From contig MU056050.1 of NCBI GenBank assembly GCA_013239625.1, positions 428,504 to 492,503 of the forward strand: DNA of 64,000 bases, read 5' to 3'. Positions 12,341 through 25,569 of this stretch are shown here, piece after piece. The translations under genes and the position numbers were made by a program. Numbering within the stretch: position 1 is the first letter of the stretch; each line of letters starts with the position of its first letter. The notes beneath the pieces were generated by a model, which worked only from the letters and a program-made list of their open reading frames with translations, did not search any database and was not told the origin of the DNA. This stretch comes from Lama guanicoe (Eukaryota).

Positions 12341-12925
12341 CCCTTCTGTTTGAGAGGTAGCATTTGTGGGTCAGATAACTAATGGAGTCTTGGCCCAGGA
12401 ATATTTCATCACAGGTCTGCTGGGTGTATGGACCTACCTGATGGTCATTTCCCTAGCTGCAGACCATATAATTAGATTGGGAAAATGTAGCAGTTGGCAG
12501 AACCCTCACATTGGTTCCTTGACCAGTAAAGTAAGGACCATTGTAGTAGGAACGGCCAAATAGAAGCCTCAGAAACTCCTCACTCCCACCTACCAAGATA
12601 GTAAGTAAATAAAATTAAAAAACTGTATTGCATCCCAGGGAGAATTCAGTGCTCTCAACAATTTATACAATGTAGTCCTCATCAGATACCTATTTAATTT
12701 ACTAGTGTGGCCCCTGGAAAAAGAAACAGATGAACCATGTCAGGTGACAAAATGAAGTACCACAAATTTTACTAAGTAGTAGTACCAACTGCTGTATTAG
12801 ATGTGATATCATCACCAGAGCAGATTAACACATGTGGCTATTGATCTAGTGAATGTGTTATTTTCCATTCCCATTAGAAGGCAGATCAGAAAGTTTGCAT
12901 TCTAATGGCATGGCCATCAGTACAC
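12341..12925 (+). mobile_element. ERVL internal fragment (protease C-half to start of RT), decayed
   Basis: ORF 12366-12563 GQITNGVLAQ...SSWQNPHIGSLTSKVRTIVVGTAK matches ERVL protease-RT junction; downstream AIDLVNVLFSIP and WHGHQYT RT motifs. Confidence 0.88.
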
Positions 12926-13350
12926 GTGCAGAGTGCTGGAGTGTGCTGTCTCGATCTCCTTTCAGCCATGAAGATGTTTTTCCTTCGGCTGCAGGGAGTG
13001 CATCTAGAATATGGACCTCAGGTGTCAGCTTTCCTTAGTGACTACCTCAGCTAAAGAGAACAGCCTCATCCAAGATCATGCCTTCTTCCAGGGGAAGCCC
13101 ACATCTGATGACTGATCAGTGCAGGGTGTAGAGGCTTAACCCAGTTTGGAAAAACCAGTTATTCTCTTTCCAGAGCCTACCATGGGGTTGGCTGAGGTCC
13201 TTGTTGGGGCTGCATTATAGTTCACTGACCAATGCTGTTTCCACCACTTCCTTTCCATAGGTGTTGATCCAGAGGGCACTCCCTAGTAAACATCCCCCAC
13301 ACTAGTCTCTATCTCAGAGTCTGTTTCCTGGGGAATGCAGACTCTGTGAT
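12926..13350 (+). mobile_element. LTR16-family ERVL LTR
   Basis: 3' part cactccctagtaaacatcccccacactagtctctatctcagagtctgtttcctggggaa typical of LTR16. Confidence 0.75.
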
Positions 13351-15155
13351 CTGCAGAAGGAGGTGTTATGGGATTTTGGACCTGGATCATCCACTGCCTG
13401 GCTGACACTGAAGACTCCATACTGGTGGTAAATGGAGTGAGGATATTCCCTGACACAAGGTAGCAGTGTAGTTAAAACTTTCACTGGTGGAAGGGAACTC
13501 ATAAGCTATTGGCTTATATCAGACATTTGAGAAATACAGGGAGAATAGTCATCTTTAAAAGAATTGAATTTGGTGGTTATTCCTAAATTTGACTGACACC
13601 CTGGAAAAAGATGACAAAAAGCCGAAAGTGATTAGTTGGCAATTTAAAGTTAAGTGTGAAAGCCATAGAACCTCCTTGGTAGCATATAAAGAGGCTCTTA
13701 CCTCCTGCAGCAGGATGTTAAAGGGAAGGACCAGGCCCAAGACTTTATCATAAGAGTAGTCAATCTCCAAGGGAGGTTAAAATCCCAACTAAGGCAGATC
13801 TGCTAGGCTGAGGTCAGGGCTCTGGTTGGGAAAGTCTGAGACTCTGACATATGAGAGAGGGACTTCTGGGCCTTGAAAACCTTGAATTTCCAGATTTCCA
13901 TGAACTCTGTGAACCTGCAGAAGTGGCCCAATCCTCCCTATTAAGAGCTAGCATGTTCTGTTTGCTTGAACACAATACAGAGGCCTTTCCCTTTCAAGAC
14001 ACTTTGTGCCTTGAACTTGCCCCTCATCCCCTACCTTGCTCCATCTGGACAATAGGGCAATAGCTAGGGTTAAATCACAATGTAACCCAACTGCGGATGT
14101 GCTGTGGTGCTAAGATAGGAAAGGGCCAATATGCTGGTAAAACTGCAGCATCTGTCGAAACGTATCAGCAAGAGCTGGGACAGTAGGTTTGGGCAAGGAT
14201 TTTGCTGAAGCAAGGAGGGTAGAACACAAATTTGGATAAAAGATAGTTTGTAAAAATAGATGTACTCTCCTGGGATACAGGATTTAACACCCTGGCAGGG
14301 ACTCTGGAAAATAGTACAGGCATACTGCTGGGATGGTTCCTAGAAGCATGGAAAACATGCTGGCTGATACTAAGTTGGATGGAAGTGCCTGAACCTCCAC
14401 AACAGACAGTGGATTAGAAGGCTGAGTGGATCCTGGGAATGGATGTATTTGTGAGGCCAGAAGAGCCACTGGTGGATTATGTTGCACAGGAGGGCTCAGG
14501 GAACACACTGTTCACCAAGGCCATGAGGAATGTGCTGGTGAGAGGGCACTAGCACCACTAAGAAGTTCATGTGCAGGCCATGTGCAAGCCAGGGTGACTG
14601 GTAGGAGAGGCAGTCAGAGTTAGGCTCATAACTAGCAAAGGGGATGACGGGGAAACTGAAATAACAGAGGCCAGGTGGTTATGCTCAACTGCTGGAAGCT
14701 TGGTGGATGCGACAATCACAATAAGGAGCCAGGTCAGAGTGGCAGCCAAGGGGGCCTGACCCAGCAGGAGCTGTGGAGGTGATTAATATCATATGATATC
14801 CCTAGGGGCAAAATAGATGGGCAGATAGCAAGGACCCTGCTCAAATGGCAAAATCAAAAGCAATCAAGCTTTTGAATGATCAGAACAGTGACAGCAGTTG
14901 CTCCAATACAAAGTCATGACCTCTTGCTGAATTTTTGGACATGAGTCAGTTTTCAAACTTGGAACCCATGGACTGAAATGAGGGTCCAAGTCCCCAGGGA
15001 GGAAGGTTCCTGCAATACCATGCAAGGTATATACCACCACATTACATATACTGCAATGATTCCTTCAGTCCTTTCCCAAAGGGACCTACTGCCATTTACT
15101 TGGGTAACTGTATGCTGGAGACAGGGAACTCAAACATTTTGAGAACTGTTGGACT
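13351..15155 (+). mobile_element. ERVL (ERV3-16A3-like) gag to start of protease, decayed
   Basis: Follows the LTR directly; ends in LSQRDLLPFTWVTVCWRQGTQTF*ELLD (to 15154), the ERVL segment preceding the LLDTG protease site. Confidence 0.8.
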
Positions 15156-15412
15156 GACAGACATGAGGGTACAAAAGGCCTTTCCTTCAAGCTGGGGAGG
15201 GGGATACTCTGCAGTGCAATTTATACTCCAGAGGATGTCCGTGGGATCAGACTGAGGCTAGTCTCCAGAAAAGATCAAATTCTTGCCTAGCTTTACCCCC
15301 TGGTTCTACCCTGCTTGCCTTACTCCCTTCTCATGAGAGCACCTCTCCAATAAATCATGTGCCTAAGAATCCTTGTCCCAGGCCCTGCTTCTAGCAAATC
15401 CAACCTAAGACA
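15156..15412 (+). mobile_element. 3' part of a second LTR16-family LTR
   Basis: ccaataaatcatgtgcctaagaatccttgtcccaggccctgcttctag...aacctaagaca terminus. Confidence 0.75.
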
Positions 15413-15939
15413 AACTATATCCATACATACATGAGAGATTCATAGCAATCTATATTGTGACTATGCCCTGGTACATTTAACCATTCTCCAAGTGATGGAC
15501 ATTTGGGATTCATTTAGTCTTTTTCTTTTATAAACAATGCTTCAGTGAACATCCTTACAGTTGTCTCTTTATGCCCCATATGTTCTCAAACCTCTTTATA
15601 TAACTTATCTTCAGAGACACTCATCTAGGATTTCAGGTAGTCCCAAGAAGGCTATGAATATTAGTTTTGTGGACTATGGCTATGTTCCAGGAAACTCATT
15701 ACTTAGGGTAAATCATAAAAGAGTCCATGATTTATGGAGCTACACGAAGGTATTCACAATGTGTCACAAATTTGGGGAATGAAAAGAATGAAGGATTGGT
15801 TGGAGAGATAAGTCGAGTTAGTGAGAAGAGTTCAGATAAGCTTTGAGGAGGTGGTTAGATTTAAGTAGCATTTAGGAGTATTCTTACTAGAGGAAAATTA
15901 GAATATTGAAGTTAGGGAGGATTAAGTGGCATACACATG

Positions 15940-16042
15940 TTTTTGTTTGTTTTAGCAGAGGAGGGAGGTAATTAGGTTTATTTATTTATTTATTTTTAGA
16001 GGAGGTCCTGGGGATTGAGTCCTGGACCCTCTGCGTGTTGAG
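15940..16042 (-). mobile_element. Vic-1-like SINE with internal deletion
   Basis: ggaggtaattaggtttatttattt...ggaggtcctggggattgagtcctggacc...gagctataccctcccc. Confidence 0.85.
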
Positions 16043-16604
16043 CTTGAGCTATACCCTCCCCGACAAGTCTGAATGTTCTGGTTAATTAGGAGACTGAAGA
16101 GATGAAACAAGAGACCAAGGTGAGGATCTTAAAGTGCAATATGGGAAATTATAGTCAAAATGGCTAAACTCAACAGGTGCACCTAGAAATGGACTATTAA
16201 TGAATACAAATGCCTAAGAATAATTCTTCTTGAACTTATTTCCTGTAGAGCTTTTCTAAAAGAACACCATGCTCCTTCCTAAGCTTATTTTCTTTGTTTT
16301 GATCATCCTCTCTCACTTCCTGTCTTCATTGCCAAGATCCAGGAGGCAAAGATAGGCAAGAGAGCATGGCCTGGACCATAGCAGGACAAGCTGTGTGATT
16401 CGGGAGGCCAAACAAAGGTTGGGGCCCAGAAATCCTGCCTTGCTGTGCTCTTACACAAATGGGTCACCTGGCCTATTTTTAAAAAAAATGCATCCATTAA
16501 TATGAAAATGTGCATTTTGTAATTGTTCCATTTTTCTTATTCCTATGGCATGCTGCTTTTACTCCTGTAATATCACTGTTTTCATTCTGATTTATTTACT
16601 ATTC

Positions 16605-17030
16605 GGAGGTCACGAAGTGGTGGTGCACGGGACACCTTTGGCCCATGGATGTGCTTCATTAAGCTATCATGTTTACACTTTAAAAGATGGTTGCCAATAT
16701 TTCAAAAATAGGAGAGTTCATGCAAACATATGGATTCCTGACTTCTGCAAAAACGGAATCTGGCACATAGAGCCCCCATTTCCTCATGACAACAACTGAC
16801 TGGAACCGAGCGGTGGCTGCCCTTATTGTCAACTTGACACTGAACCTGAAAATTTGTTACCTTTTTTTTTAACTTAATTAAAAAATTTTTAATTGAAGCA
16901 TAGTTTTTTATGTAATGGGAACTTCATTGTTGTTCTTACAGTGACATTAAGAAGAAAGTGAAATCTTTCTCTATATCCAGTCTCTATAAAAATTGGGAAA
17001 ACAATAGCTAGACTGAGAAGGGAGATGACT
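16605..17030 (+). mobile_element. hAT-Charlie fragment (MER102/Charlie4-like)
   Basis: ggttgccaatatttcaaaaataggagagttc...atggattcctgacttc...catgacaacaactgactggaaccgagcggtggctgccc. Confidence 0.65.
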
Positions 17031-17386
17031 GTTGTGATTTAAGAATTAAAGCATAGAGGTGGGTTGAAGACTAGGTTAGGTTAGGAATGGAGAGCTTGGA
17101 CAAAACTGCCAAGAAGGCAGAGGGAGAAAGTAGAGGAGGTGGTTGGGTTCCTTCTCTTAGCAGGCTTCTTATGCGGGAAGCCATTCCTAGGGCATATTGG
17201 ACTGTTCCTCTGCCTTCAACTGAAATTTTCATTGAGTGCCTACACTATACCAGGCATTGGGGATACAGTGGTGAATAAAGGAGCTCTCCTGGAGCTAACA
17301 GTTGACTGGGGGAGCCAGGTATTCATAAACACTAGGAGGGAAAATAAGAGGTTGATAAGAAAACAAACACTAAAGAAACTTTTCCT

Positions 17387-18546
17387 CAAGGTCTATCCCT
17401 GTTGTTACAAAATGTCCTTCTTTCTCATGGCTGCATAATACTCTCTCTCTCTATATATATATACATATATCATCTTTTTTATCCTTGAGGACATTATGCT
17501 AAGTGAGATATCAGACAAATACCATATGATCTCACTTATATGTAGAATCTAAAAAAGCCAAACACTTGTTTTTTTCTGGATTCAATTAATCAATTGTTTG
17601 GCTGACCGTAAGGATGTGGCTTATTTTTTTATTGAAGTATAGTTGCTGTGCAATATTATGTAAGTTACAGGTATTAATACAGTGATTCATAATTTTTAAC
17701 GGTTATACTCCATTTATAGTTATTATAAAATATTGGCTATAGTCCCTGTGTTGTATAGTATATCCTTGTAGCTTATTTTATACCTAATAGTTTGTACCAC
17801 TTTTCTCCCCTACCCCTATCTTGCCCTCCCCACTTCCCTTTCCGTACTAGTAACCAATACTTTGTTCTCTATACCTGTGAGTCTGCTTCTGTTTTGTTAT
17901 ATTTGCTTGTTTGTTGTATTTTTTAGATTCCACATATAAGTAGTATCATGTGGTTTTTGTCTTTCTCTGCCTGACCTATTTCACTTAGCATAGTGCCCTC
18001 CAAGTCCATCCATGTTGCTGCAAATGGCAAAATTTCATTCTTTTTTATGGTTGAGTAGTATTCCATTGTATATATTCCATGTATACTCCATCTTCTTTAT
18101 TCATTCATCTGTTGCTGTACACTTAGTTTGCTTCCATATCTTGGCTATTATAAATAATGCTGCTATGAACATTGAGATGCATGTATCTTTTTGAATTAGT
18201 GTTTTTTTTTTTAAGTCAAACTCTTAAAAGCAGAGAGTAAAATGGTGGTTTCCATGGGCGGGGGGTGGGGAAAATGTTTAAGGGTACAAACTTGCAACTG
18301 GTGGTAAATAAGTCCTGGAGATCTAATGAATATAGATAACAATACTGTATTGTAATCATTAAACTTGGTAAGAGACTGGAACTTAATTATTCCAACCACT
18401 AAAAAGAAATGATAATTATGTAACATGACAGAGGTGCTAATTATTGCTACAGTGGCAATCATATTATAATATATAAATGTATTAAATTAATGTTGTACAC
18501 CTTAAATGTACACAGTGTTGTATGTCAAATATATTTCAATTAAAAC
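17387..18546 (+). mobile_element. Older L1 3' end with inverted 5' segment, inserted in an L2 and interrupted by a younger L1
   Basis: 17387-17484 antisense L1, 17485-17567 and 18213-18546 sense; degenerate TSD agaaacttttcct (17374-17386) / agaaaaattttcct (18547-18560); L2 on both sides (~17215-17370, ~18560-18880). Confidence 0.75.
17568..18212 (-). mobile_element. Younger L1 3' end with 45 bp of extra downstream sequence
   Basis: L1 3' UTR/ORF2 end 17621-18212; T run 17569-17575; TSD aagccaaacactt (17555-17567) / aagtcaaactctt (18213-18225). Confidence 0.85.
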
Positions 18547-19702
18547 AGAAAAATTTTCCTAATCTAGGGGATCAGGGAAGGTTTTCCTGTGGAAGTGACT
18601 CTTAAATTGAAGCCTGAACTAAATAGGAGTTAGTCAGGCAAAGAGCTTTACAGATAGGGGGAATAGCATGTGCAAACACTACAAAACAGGCAGGAGTTTG
18701 GCACCACTGAAGACCTGACAGGTCTTGTTAGAGAGCAGAGAGGAGAGTGGCTGGCAAGGCTGGAAGCTTCGACAAGGCCACTGCACAGCCTTGAAGGCGA
18801 TGGGAAACAGTCTGGGTCTAATTTTCAGAGCAGCAAGAGGCACCAACAGGTTTTAAGCAAAATGCATCATGATACAAATTTGGTTTTAACACTTCCTTCA
18901 ACAGTGAGTTCTTGTCCACAGAAGGCTGATCATTCTCACTGTTTTCTATGGTTAAAGCAGCTGAAGGTTTTTCCCATAGAGGATTTTTTAATTTTTTCAT
19001 TTCAGAATAATAATTGTAGCACAAATCCCTGACCACTGTGGACAATATGTCTTTCAGGAGATCTAAAATAAGTTTCTCGTAAAAAATCTTCACTCTTCCC
19101 TGGCTTGCTGGCCACATTGAAACCAATGAGAGTGAGGAGAGGTATATTTTTCAATCAATTTTGAAATTTAGAGGAGTACAAACAAAATCATTTTATTAAC
19201 TGAGTCCTGCTCGTTTGCCCTTGAATGTATTTTTCCTGTATGTCTCTGCCGTTCTTGCCTCACAGCTACTGCCCTCGTTCAGGTCCTTATTACCTACATG
19301 TAAAGTGTGGTCCCCTGACTAGGCTCTCTGCCCATCTTCCAACCATTACGTGCTTGAGCTGGAACCCATCACTGTCATCTTTCCCTGCCAGCAGGTCTGC
19401 CTTATCCCATCACCATGTCACTCTGCAGCTCAAAAAACCCTAACAGTTCTCCCACTGCCTACAGCAGAGGTTCTAAATTGTGGCCCCTGATGCTGCTCAA
19501 ATTTATGTATTTGCTTTCATATGCGTAAAACATCTCTGGAAGGATACATAAGGAACTGATAACATTGCTTTTAGGGAAGTGAATGAGTGGCTAGAGACGT
19601 GGTGGGAAGGCGATTTCCCTTTATAAAATCCTTTATAATTTGTGAGTTTGGAAACCTGTGATTTTTAGTAATTTTTTAAAATTACAAAGTATGGTTCATG
19701 AA

Positions 19703-20107
19703 TATATTAGTTTGCTAGGATTGCTATAACAAAATACCACAGATTGAATGGCTCAAAACGATAGAAATTTATTTCTCACAGTTCTGGAGACTAGAAGTCC
19801 AAGATCAAGGTGTCAGAAGGTTTGGTTTCTGCTGAGGCCTTTCTCCTTGGCTTGCAAATGGCCATCTTCTCACTCTGTCCTCATACGGCCTTTCCTCTAT
19901 GTGTGCATTTCCTGGTATCTTGTGTGTGTGTCCAAATTTCCTCTTCTAATATGGGCACTAGTCAGATTGGATTAGGGCCCATTCTAACAGCCTCATTTTA
20001 TTTCCAGCACTTCTTTAAGGATCCTACCTCTAAATAGGGTTACATTCTGAGGTTCTAGGGCTACAACATATGAATTTGGGTGGGGGGGCACAATTCAGCC
20101 CAGAACA
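19703..20107 (-). mobile_element. MaLR solo LTR (MLT1B/C-like)
   Basis: tatattagtttgctaggattgctataacaaaataccacag...cacaattcagcccagaaca; TSD atgaa/atgag. Confidence 0.9.
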
Positions 20108-20544
20108 ATGAGCCATGTGCACTAGAAACATCTGTGGGGCTTGTTGAGAATGTTAGGACTCCTGTGCTCCATGTCAGATACACAGATTCAGAATCTACTC
20201 ATGAGTCTGAGATCACATGGGTTGTTTGACTCCAGAAGCCCTCAGTTTGGCAGGACTTCACATTCTTTTCCTCACCGGAGTGCTTGTGCCTGAGGGGAAG
20301 TCATGCTTTCCCCTTTGTTCCTATCAGTCCTTGGAGGGAGGAATCGCACTCTTTCGTGCTGCTCCTATTAACCCCTTGGCCCAGGTCTTTGCCCCTGGTA
20401 TGCACACTACCTCTGCTTTATAACCCTGGGTGTATCTTCCCGTTCCAACTTTCACAAATCAGAGGCATGTACTACCGTCCACTGCCTTTCCGTTGCTTTA
20501 AATAGAACTCACATTTTTGCATATGTGGGAATATCAATAATAGT

Positions 20545-20800
20545 AGTGAATAGGAAGACTATTCAACATTTATTGAATGCTACTATGTTTCAGGAATTAT
20601 GTTAAAATTTTATATTATCTCATTTAATCTTTACAATAAAGGTGTCAAATTAATTATAGTCATCTCCATTTTACAGATGAGAAACAAGATCAGAGAGGTC
20701 AAGTAAGTTGGTGAAGGTAGTGGCATAGCTAGTAAATGGCAGACTGTGGACTCTAACCCAGGTCTGTGTATCTCTAAAGTTCATATTTTTTTCTACCATG
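20545..20800 (-). mobile_element. MIR SINE
   Basis: aacatttattgaatgctactatg...ctccattttacagatgagaaac...gctagtaaatggcag...aacccaggtctg. Confidence 0.85.
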
Positions 20801-20804
20801 ATGG

Positions 20805-22760
20805 GGATTTTTGCCTCTAGGTTCATGAGAAATATTGGTCTGTAAGTTTCTTTTTTTTTTTGTACTGTTTTAGTCTGTCTTGGGGGTCAGGGTAATACTG
20901 ATCAGGCCTCATAAAATGCACAGGGGGTTGTTTGTTCCTCTACTATTTGTCTGATAGAACTGATGTTATTTATTCTTTAAATGTTTAGCACTGACACCAT
21001 CTGGGCCCAGAGATTTCTTTTTTGGAAGATTTTAAAAATATGACTTCAATGTCTTTAATAGCTATAGGAATATTCAGGTTATTTCATCTTGGATGAATTT
21101 TCAGAGTTTGTGTTTTTTTCCCAGGATTTATCCATTATATCTAAGTTATCAAATTTACATGCATAAAGTTGCTTGTAGTAGTCCCTTACTTTACTTTTCA
21201 TATATAAGGCATTTCTACTGATAGTCTCTCTCTCTCATTTCTGATATTGGTAATTTGTATCTTATCTTCCTTCCTTTATCAATCTTTTTCAGGTTTATTA
21301 CTTTTATTGATCTTTTAAAATAATTAACTTAGATTTTCATTTATCTTCTCTATTATTTTCTGTTTTAAATTTCATTAGTTTTTCCTCATATCTTTATTTC
21401 CTTCCTTCTGCTTGCTTTGGGTTTATTTCATTCTTCTTTTTCTAGTTCCTGGAGGTGGGAGCTCATATTATTGATTTGAGACTTTTCCTCTTTTCTAATA
21501 TAAGCATTCAGTACTATAAACTTCCCTCTCAGGATTGCTTTAGCAGCTTCCCACAATTTTGATGTTTTAGTTTCATTTTCATTCAGTCTTATTATTTAAT
21601 AACCCTAGTTAAAATTTCCGTCTTTTTTCTCCCAGTATATAATTTTGAAAAAATCTATTGCTATTTATTCATATTTACTCATCTTTTCTTCTGCAGTATC
21701 TTATTTGCTTTTAATCCATCAAGTGTACTTTTCATTTCAGATGCTGTAATTTTTCATCTCTGGAAGCCCCTTTTGAGGCTTTTTTTGTATCTTCCATTAT
21801 TCCTCTTCTCATTGTGCTCATGTTTTGCCCTACGTTCTTGAATATATGGAGCATATTTATAATAACTGTTTTAATGTCCTTGTCTGCTGTTTCCATCATC
21901 TTGGTCATATCTTGATCTGTTTCTGTTGACTTTTCTCCTGATTAGGGGACACATTTTCCTGTTTTTTGTATGCCTAGTAACTTTATATTGAATGCCAGAC
22001 ATTGGTAAGATTTTTGTTGCCGGTTGCTGGATTTTATGGTATTCCTTTAGATCATGTTGGATTTATTTTTCTGACATGTAGTTAAGTTACTCAGAATTAG
22101 TTTGATCCTTTCAAGTCTTGCTTTCAAACTTTGTCAGGACAGGTCCAGAACAGCCTTTAGACTAGGATTAATTTTGTCCCCCTACTAAAGCACCATCCTT
22201 CTGAGGATTCCACTGGATGATCTGTGTATTAGGAGATCTTTCTACTCTGGCTGGTTAAGGCATGAAGTATCACTAGCCTTATATGAACTCCAGGAATTAT
22301 TCAAGTTACTCTTCTCTGTGTGTTTCTTTTCCTGGCCCCGGGTATTTCCCTCACATCTGTGCAGATCAGTACTCAGCCAAAGACTTAAAGGGACCCTTCT
22401 GCATATTTCTAGATACTCAAGATATCTTTCTCTGTGTAGCTCCTTCCTCTCTGGCATTCTGTCCTATAAATTATAGCTGCCTTGGCCCCCCTGAACACCA
22501 ACTCTGACCCCACAACTCAGTGAGACTGCTGGGCTCTGTTTGGGTTCCTTCTCCTTGCACTGTATCCTGGAAACTGCCTCAGTGCAGTAACTGGGTGTAG
22601 GGCTGTTTCTTTCCACACACTTGGGGCTTATAATCCCTCACTGCTTGTTGCCCAATGCCCGAAAATCATTCTTTCATATATTTATGCAATTTTATTGTTT
22701 TTGAAGCATTCAGTCCCTGTTATTCCATCTTGGCTGGAAGCAAAATTCAATTCACTGAAT
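20805..22760 (-). mobile_element. Old L1 fragments (ORF2 5' part and ORF1/5' region)
   Basis: tattggtctgtaagtttc, ctataaacttccctctcaggattgctttagc, tattccatcttggctggaagc motifs; T-rich strand; no long ORF. Confidence 0.75.
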
Positions 22761-23956
22761 TTTAACTTTTGCTTTGTTTTTCTTATCTTGCTATGCTTAG
22801 CTTTTAGGAGAATGATGCGGACAACAAAAAGCAAAGCTATACCAGGAATTTATTTTAAAATTTAATTTGTAGAGCATGTCCCAGGCTCAGTCCACACTCA
22901 GCTGATCTGAGAACTAAATGCCCTAGATGTCAAATTTTTCATAATTGATAACAATGGCCCTTAGGCCCTTGGCCAGTAGGCAAGTACTGTGTCTCATCCA
23001 GAGTCTGATCACTAAGAAAAGATGAGCTCAAACTTTATAAAATGAATGTCTAAGGGGGGTATGTTTGATTGTAGGGAATAATTCAGAGGGATTTCTGCTT
23101 AACATTTAGTTGCTAGAATATTCTGTTACCCAAATGAATTGCTCCGAACTTTCCAATTTGTACAGATTTTTCCTGTACTTGACATTTATTACCTAGTTTA
23201 TTATCTGCACATACGGTTGCTTCTTACCCTCTGAAGTTCTTCCTCACCATCAGTGCCCTTCCCCACAGACATCATCTTTTTCCTGGCTCCAACATGTCAG
23301 AAGCTGAGCTTATGTATCCCAAACTCCTGTTAGGCATGAATCTTGATATAACCCTAGCTGTACTTTCTGCTGCCGTCAGCCACGATCCCTCTACAGGCTG
23401 GTTTTCTCACTGACTTTTGAATGTTTTACTCATTTGGAATTTTGTCTATGCCCATGCTCTTGCCACTTTCTGCAGTGCCCTTTGCCACTACAACTCTTGG
23501 CCATCCTTCAAGGGTCAACACAAGTTGCGTGCAGCCATCTTTGGTCTCTACTCCACCAAGTGCACCCTTTCAAACTGTATCATTCACTTAGGGACTTAAT
23601 ACTTTACCAGGGTTCCTGACACTATTGCTCATGCATGCATCTTGTCTCCACAGTTACAATGTAACTCCTGGAGAGTAAAAACTCTTTAGAAGTGTTCTTA
23701 TTTTTCTTTGCACTCCAATTCCATTGCCCCCAGTGTCTAATATTTTGTTATGCTTATGGTAAATTAAGCCCCTAAATAATACTTTTTTTGAATGAGCAAA
23801 TGAATGGAGAAATAAAAAATCACTCTGAAAACTTTAAAATGAATAAAAACAAAAGCTAACATTATTTAACACTAACTCTGTGCCAGGTTTTCACAAAGGA
23901 CCATACATAGACTATCTTATTCAATCCCTCTTTTTTAGAGGGATCAGCATTTCTTT

Positions 23957-24441
23957 TTTAATTGAGGTATAATTGACATACAACATTATATTAGTTTCAG
24001 GTGTACAACATAATGATTTGATATTTGTATACATTTTGAAATGACACAATAGTTAACATCCACAATAAATCAAGTTAACATCCGTCACCATACATAGTTA
24101 CAGAATTTTTTTCTTGTGATGAGAACTTTTAATATTCATTCTCTTAGCAACTTTCAACTATGCAGTATAGTATTATTAGCTATAGTTACCATACTCTACA
24201 TTATATCCCCATGACTTACTTACTTTATAATTGGAAGATTGTACTTTTTGACTCCCTTCACCCACTTTACCCACCCCCCACCCCCACCTCTGGTAACCAC
24301 CAGTCTGTTCTCTGTATCTATGAGCTTGGTTTTTAATCTATGTATCTATCTATGTATCTATGTATCTATGTATCTATGTATCTATCTATCTATCTATGTA
24401 TCTATCGATCTATCTAATCTATCTATTGGATTCTTAAAGAA
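23957..24441 (-). mobile_element. L1 3' UTR containing a (TATC/TATG)n microsatellite at ~24336-24426
   Basis: ttttttaattgaggtataattgacatac L1 terminus; TSD atcagcattt(c/g)ttt 23943-23956 / 24442-24455. Confidence 0.9.
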
Positions 24442-25470
24442 ATCAGCATTTGTTTCTTTTTTAAATGTTACAATAAAGTCAAATGGAATAGAATGGTTTT
24501 AACAATTAAATATCTCTATCTCTATAGCTCTGTATCTACATTGATATCTTTCTATCTATATCTATAGCATCTATTTCTATATATATCCAGGGTTTGCCAT
24601 TATGTGTTGTTTACAAGGAGTGAAAAAGGTAACAAGAAGTTGTTTTACACTGTTTCTTGCCTCATCCAGAAAGCCTAACTATTTTCCTACCATATCTAAA
24701 AGGGACACACAGTTGATTCACAGTCTGTATGTATAAACTTAGTCAGGGCCAGTACTCCAACTCAGAGACCCTGGGACTAGCACAAGAGACTGAAACTCAA
24801 CATGGGTGCCAGGAGTAGAATTCTCAGGGGCTTAGTGGGCAGGGTGAACAAAACTTACCTGGATTAGAAGTAGGGAGGAGAATCAGAAATTGACCTATGC
24901 AGATGTAGAGCCAGGGAAGGAGGTGGGGACATGGACAGGAGCATTTTACATCACTAAACTCACTTGGGAACCTGGGAGAAATCATTTTCAACTGTCCTTG
25001 AGGAAGGAAGGCCAGATAGGAGATGCCTCAGGAAGGAGAAGGGGGAAGACATGGCCGGGAGGGGTCAGCAGTCCATTCCTTTTTCAGCACTAGGAGAAAG
25101 CGAGAGCACCAGGTCTAGCCAGTGACCTACAATCACAGGACAAATTTTTTCAGCTCAGAAATCACCTTGTGCCCCCACCCAGCTCCTCCTTCTGCTCCCT
25201 GGGTCTTGGTGCATGTGCTGGTCTCTTGCCTGGAGTCCTGTCCCTTCTTTCATTACTGGCAGAGGGAGCCTCTGCCTGGGACTCCTGGCTCTTGGGAGGG
25301 AGGTGATGGTGGTGGCCTTTCCTTCCTGGCAAACTACTCAATACTGCCAGCCTGATCTCCTCTTTCTCCTACTCCCCTTGGTGAGTGAGGCAGGAGACAC
25401 ATCTTCAACCTCTTTCTGGTTTCTCTTGAAGGATAGGCCTCTACTTGAAGGGCTCCTTTAAGTGAAATTA

Positions 25471-25569
25471 TTTCTTCTCCTTCTTTTCCTTCTCCTTTTC
25501 CTTCTCCTTCTCCTTCTTCTCCTCCTCCTCCTCCTCCTCCTCCTCCTCCTTCTTCTTCTTCTTCTTCTT
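25471..25569. repeat. (CCT)n/(CTT)n polypyrimidine microsatellite
   Basis: Directly visible trinucleotide runs. Confidence 0.95.
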
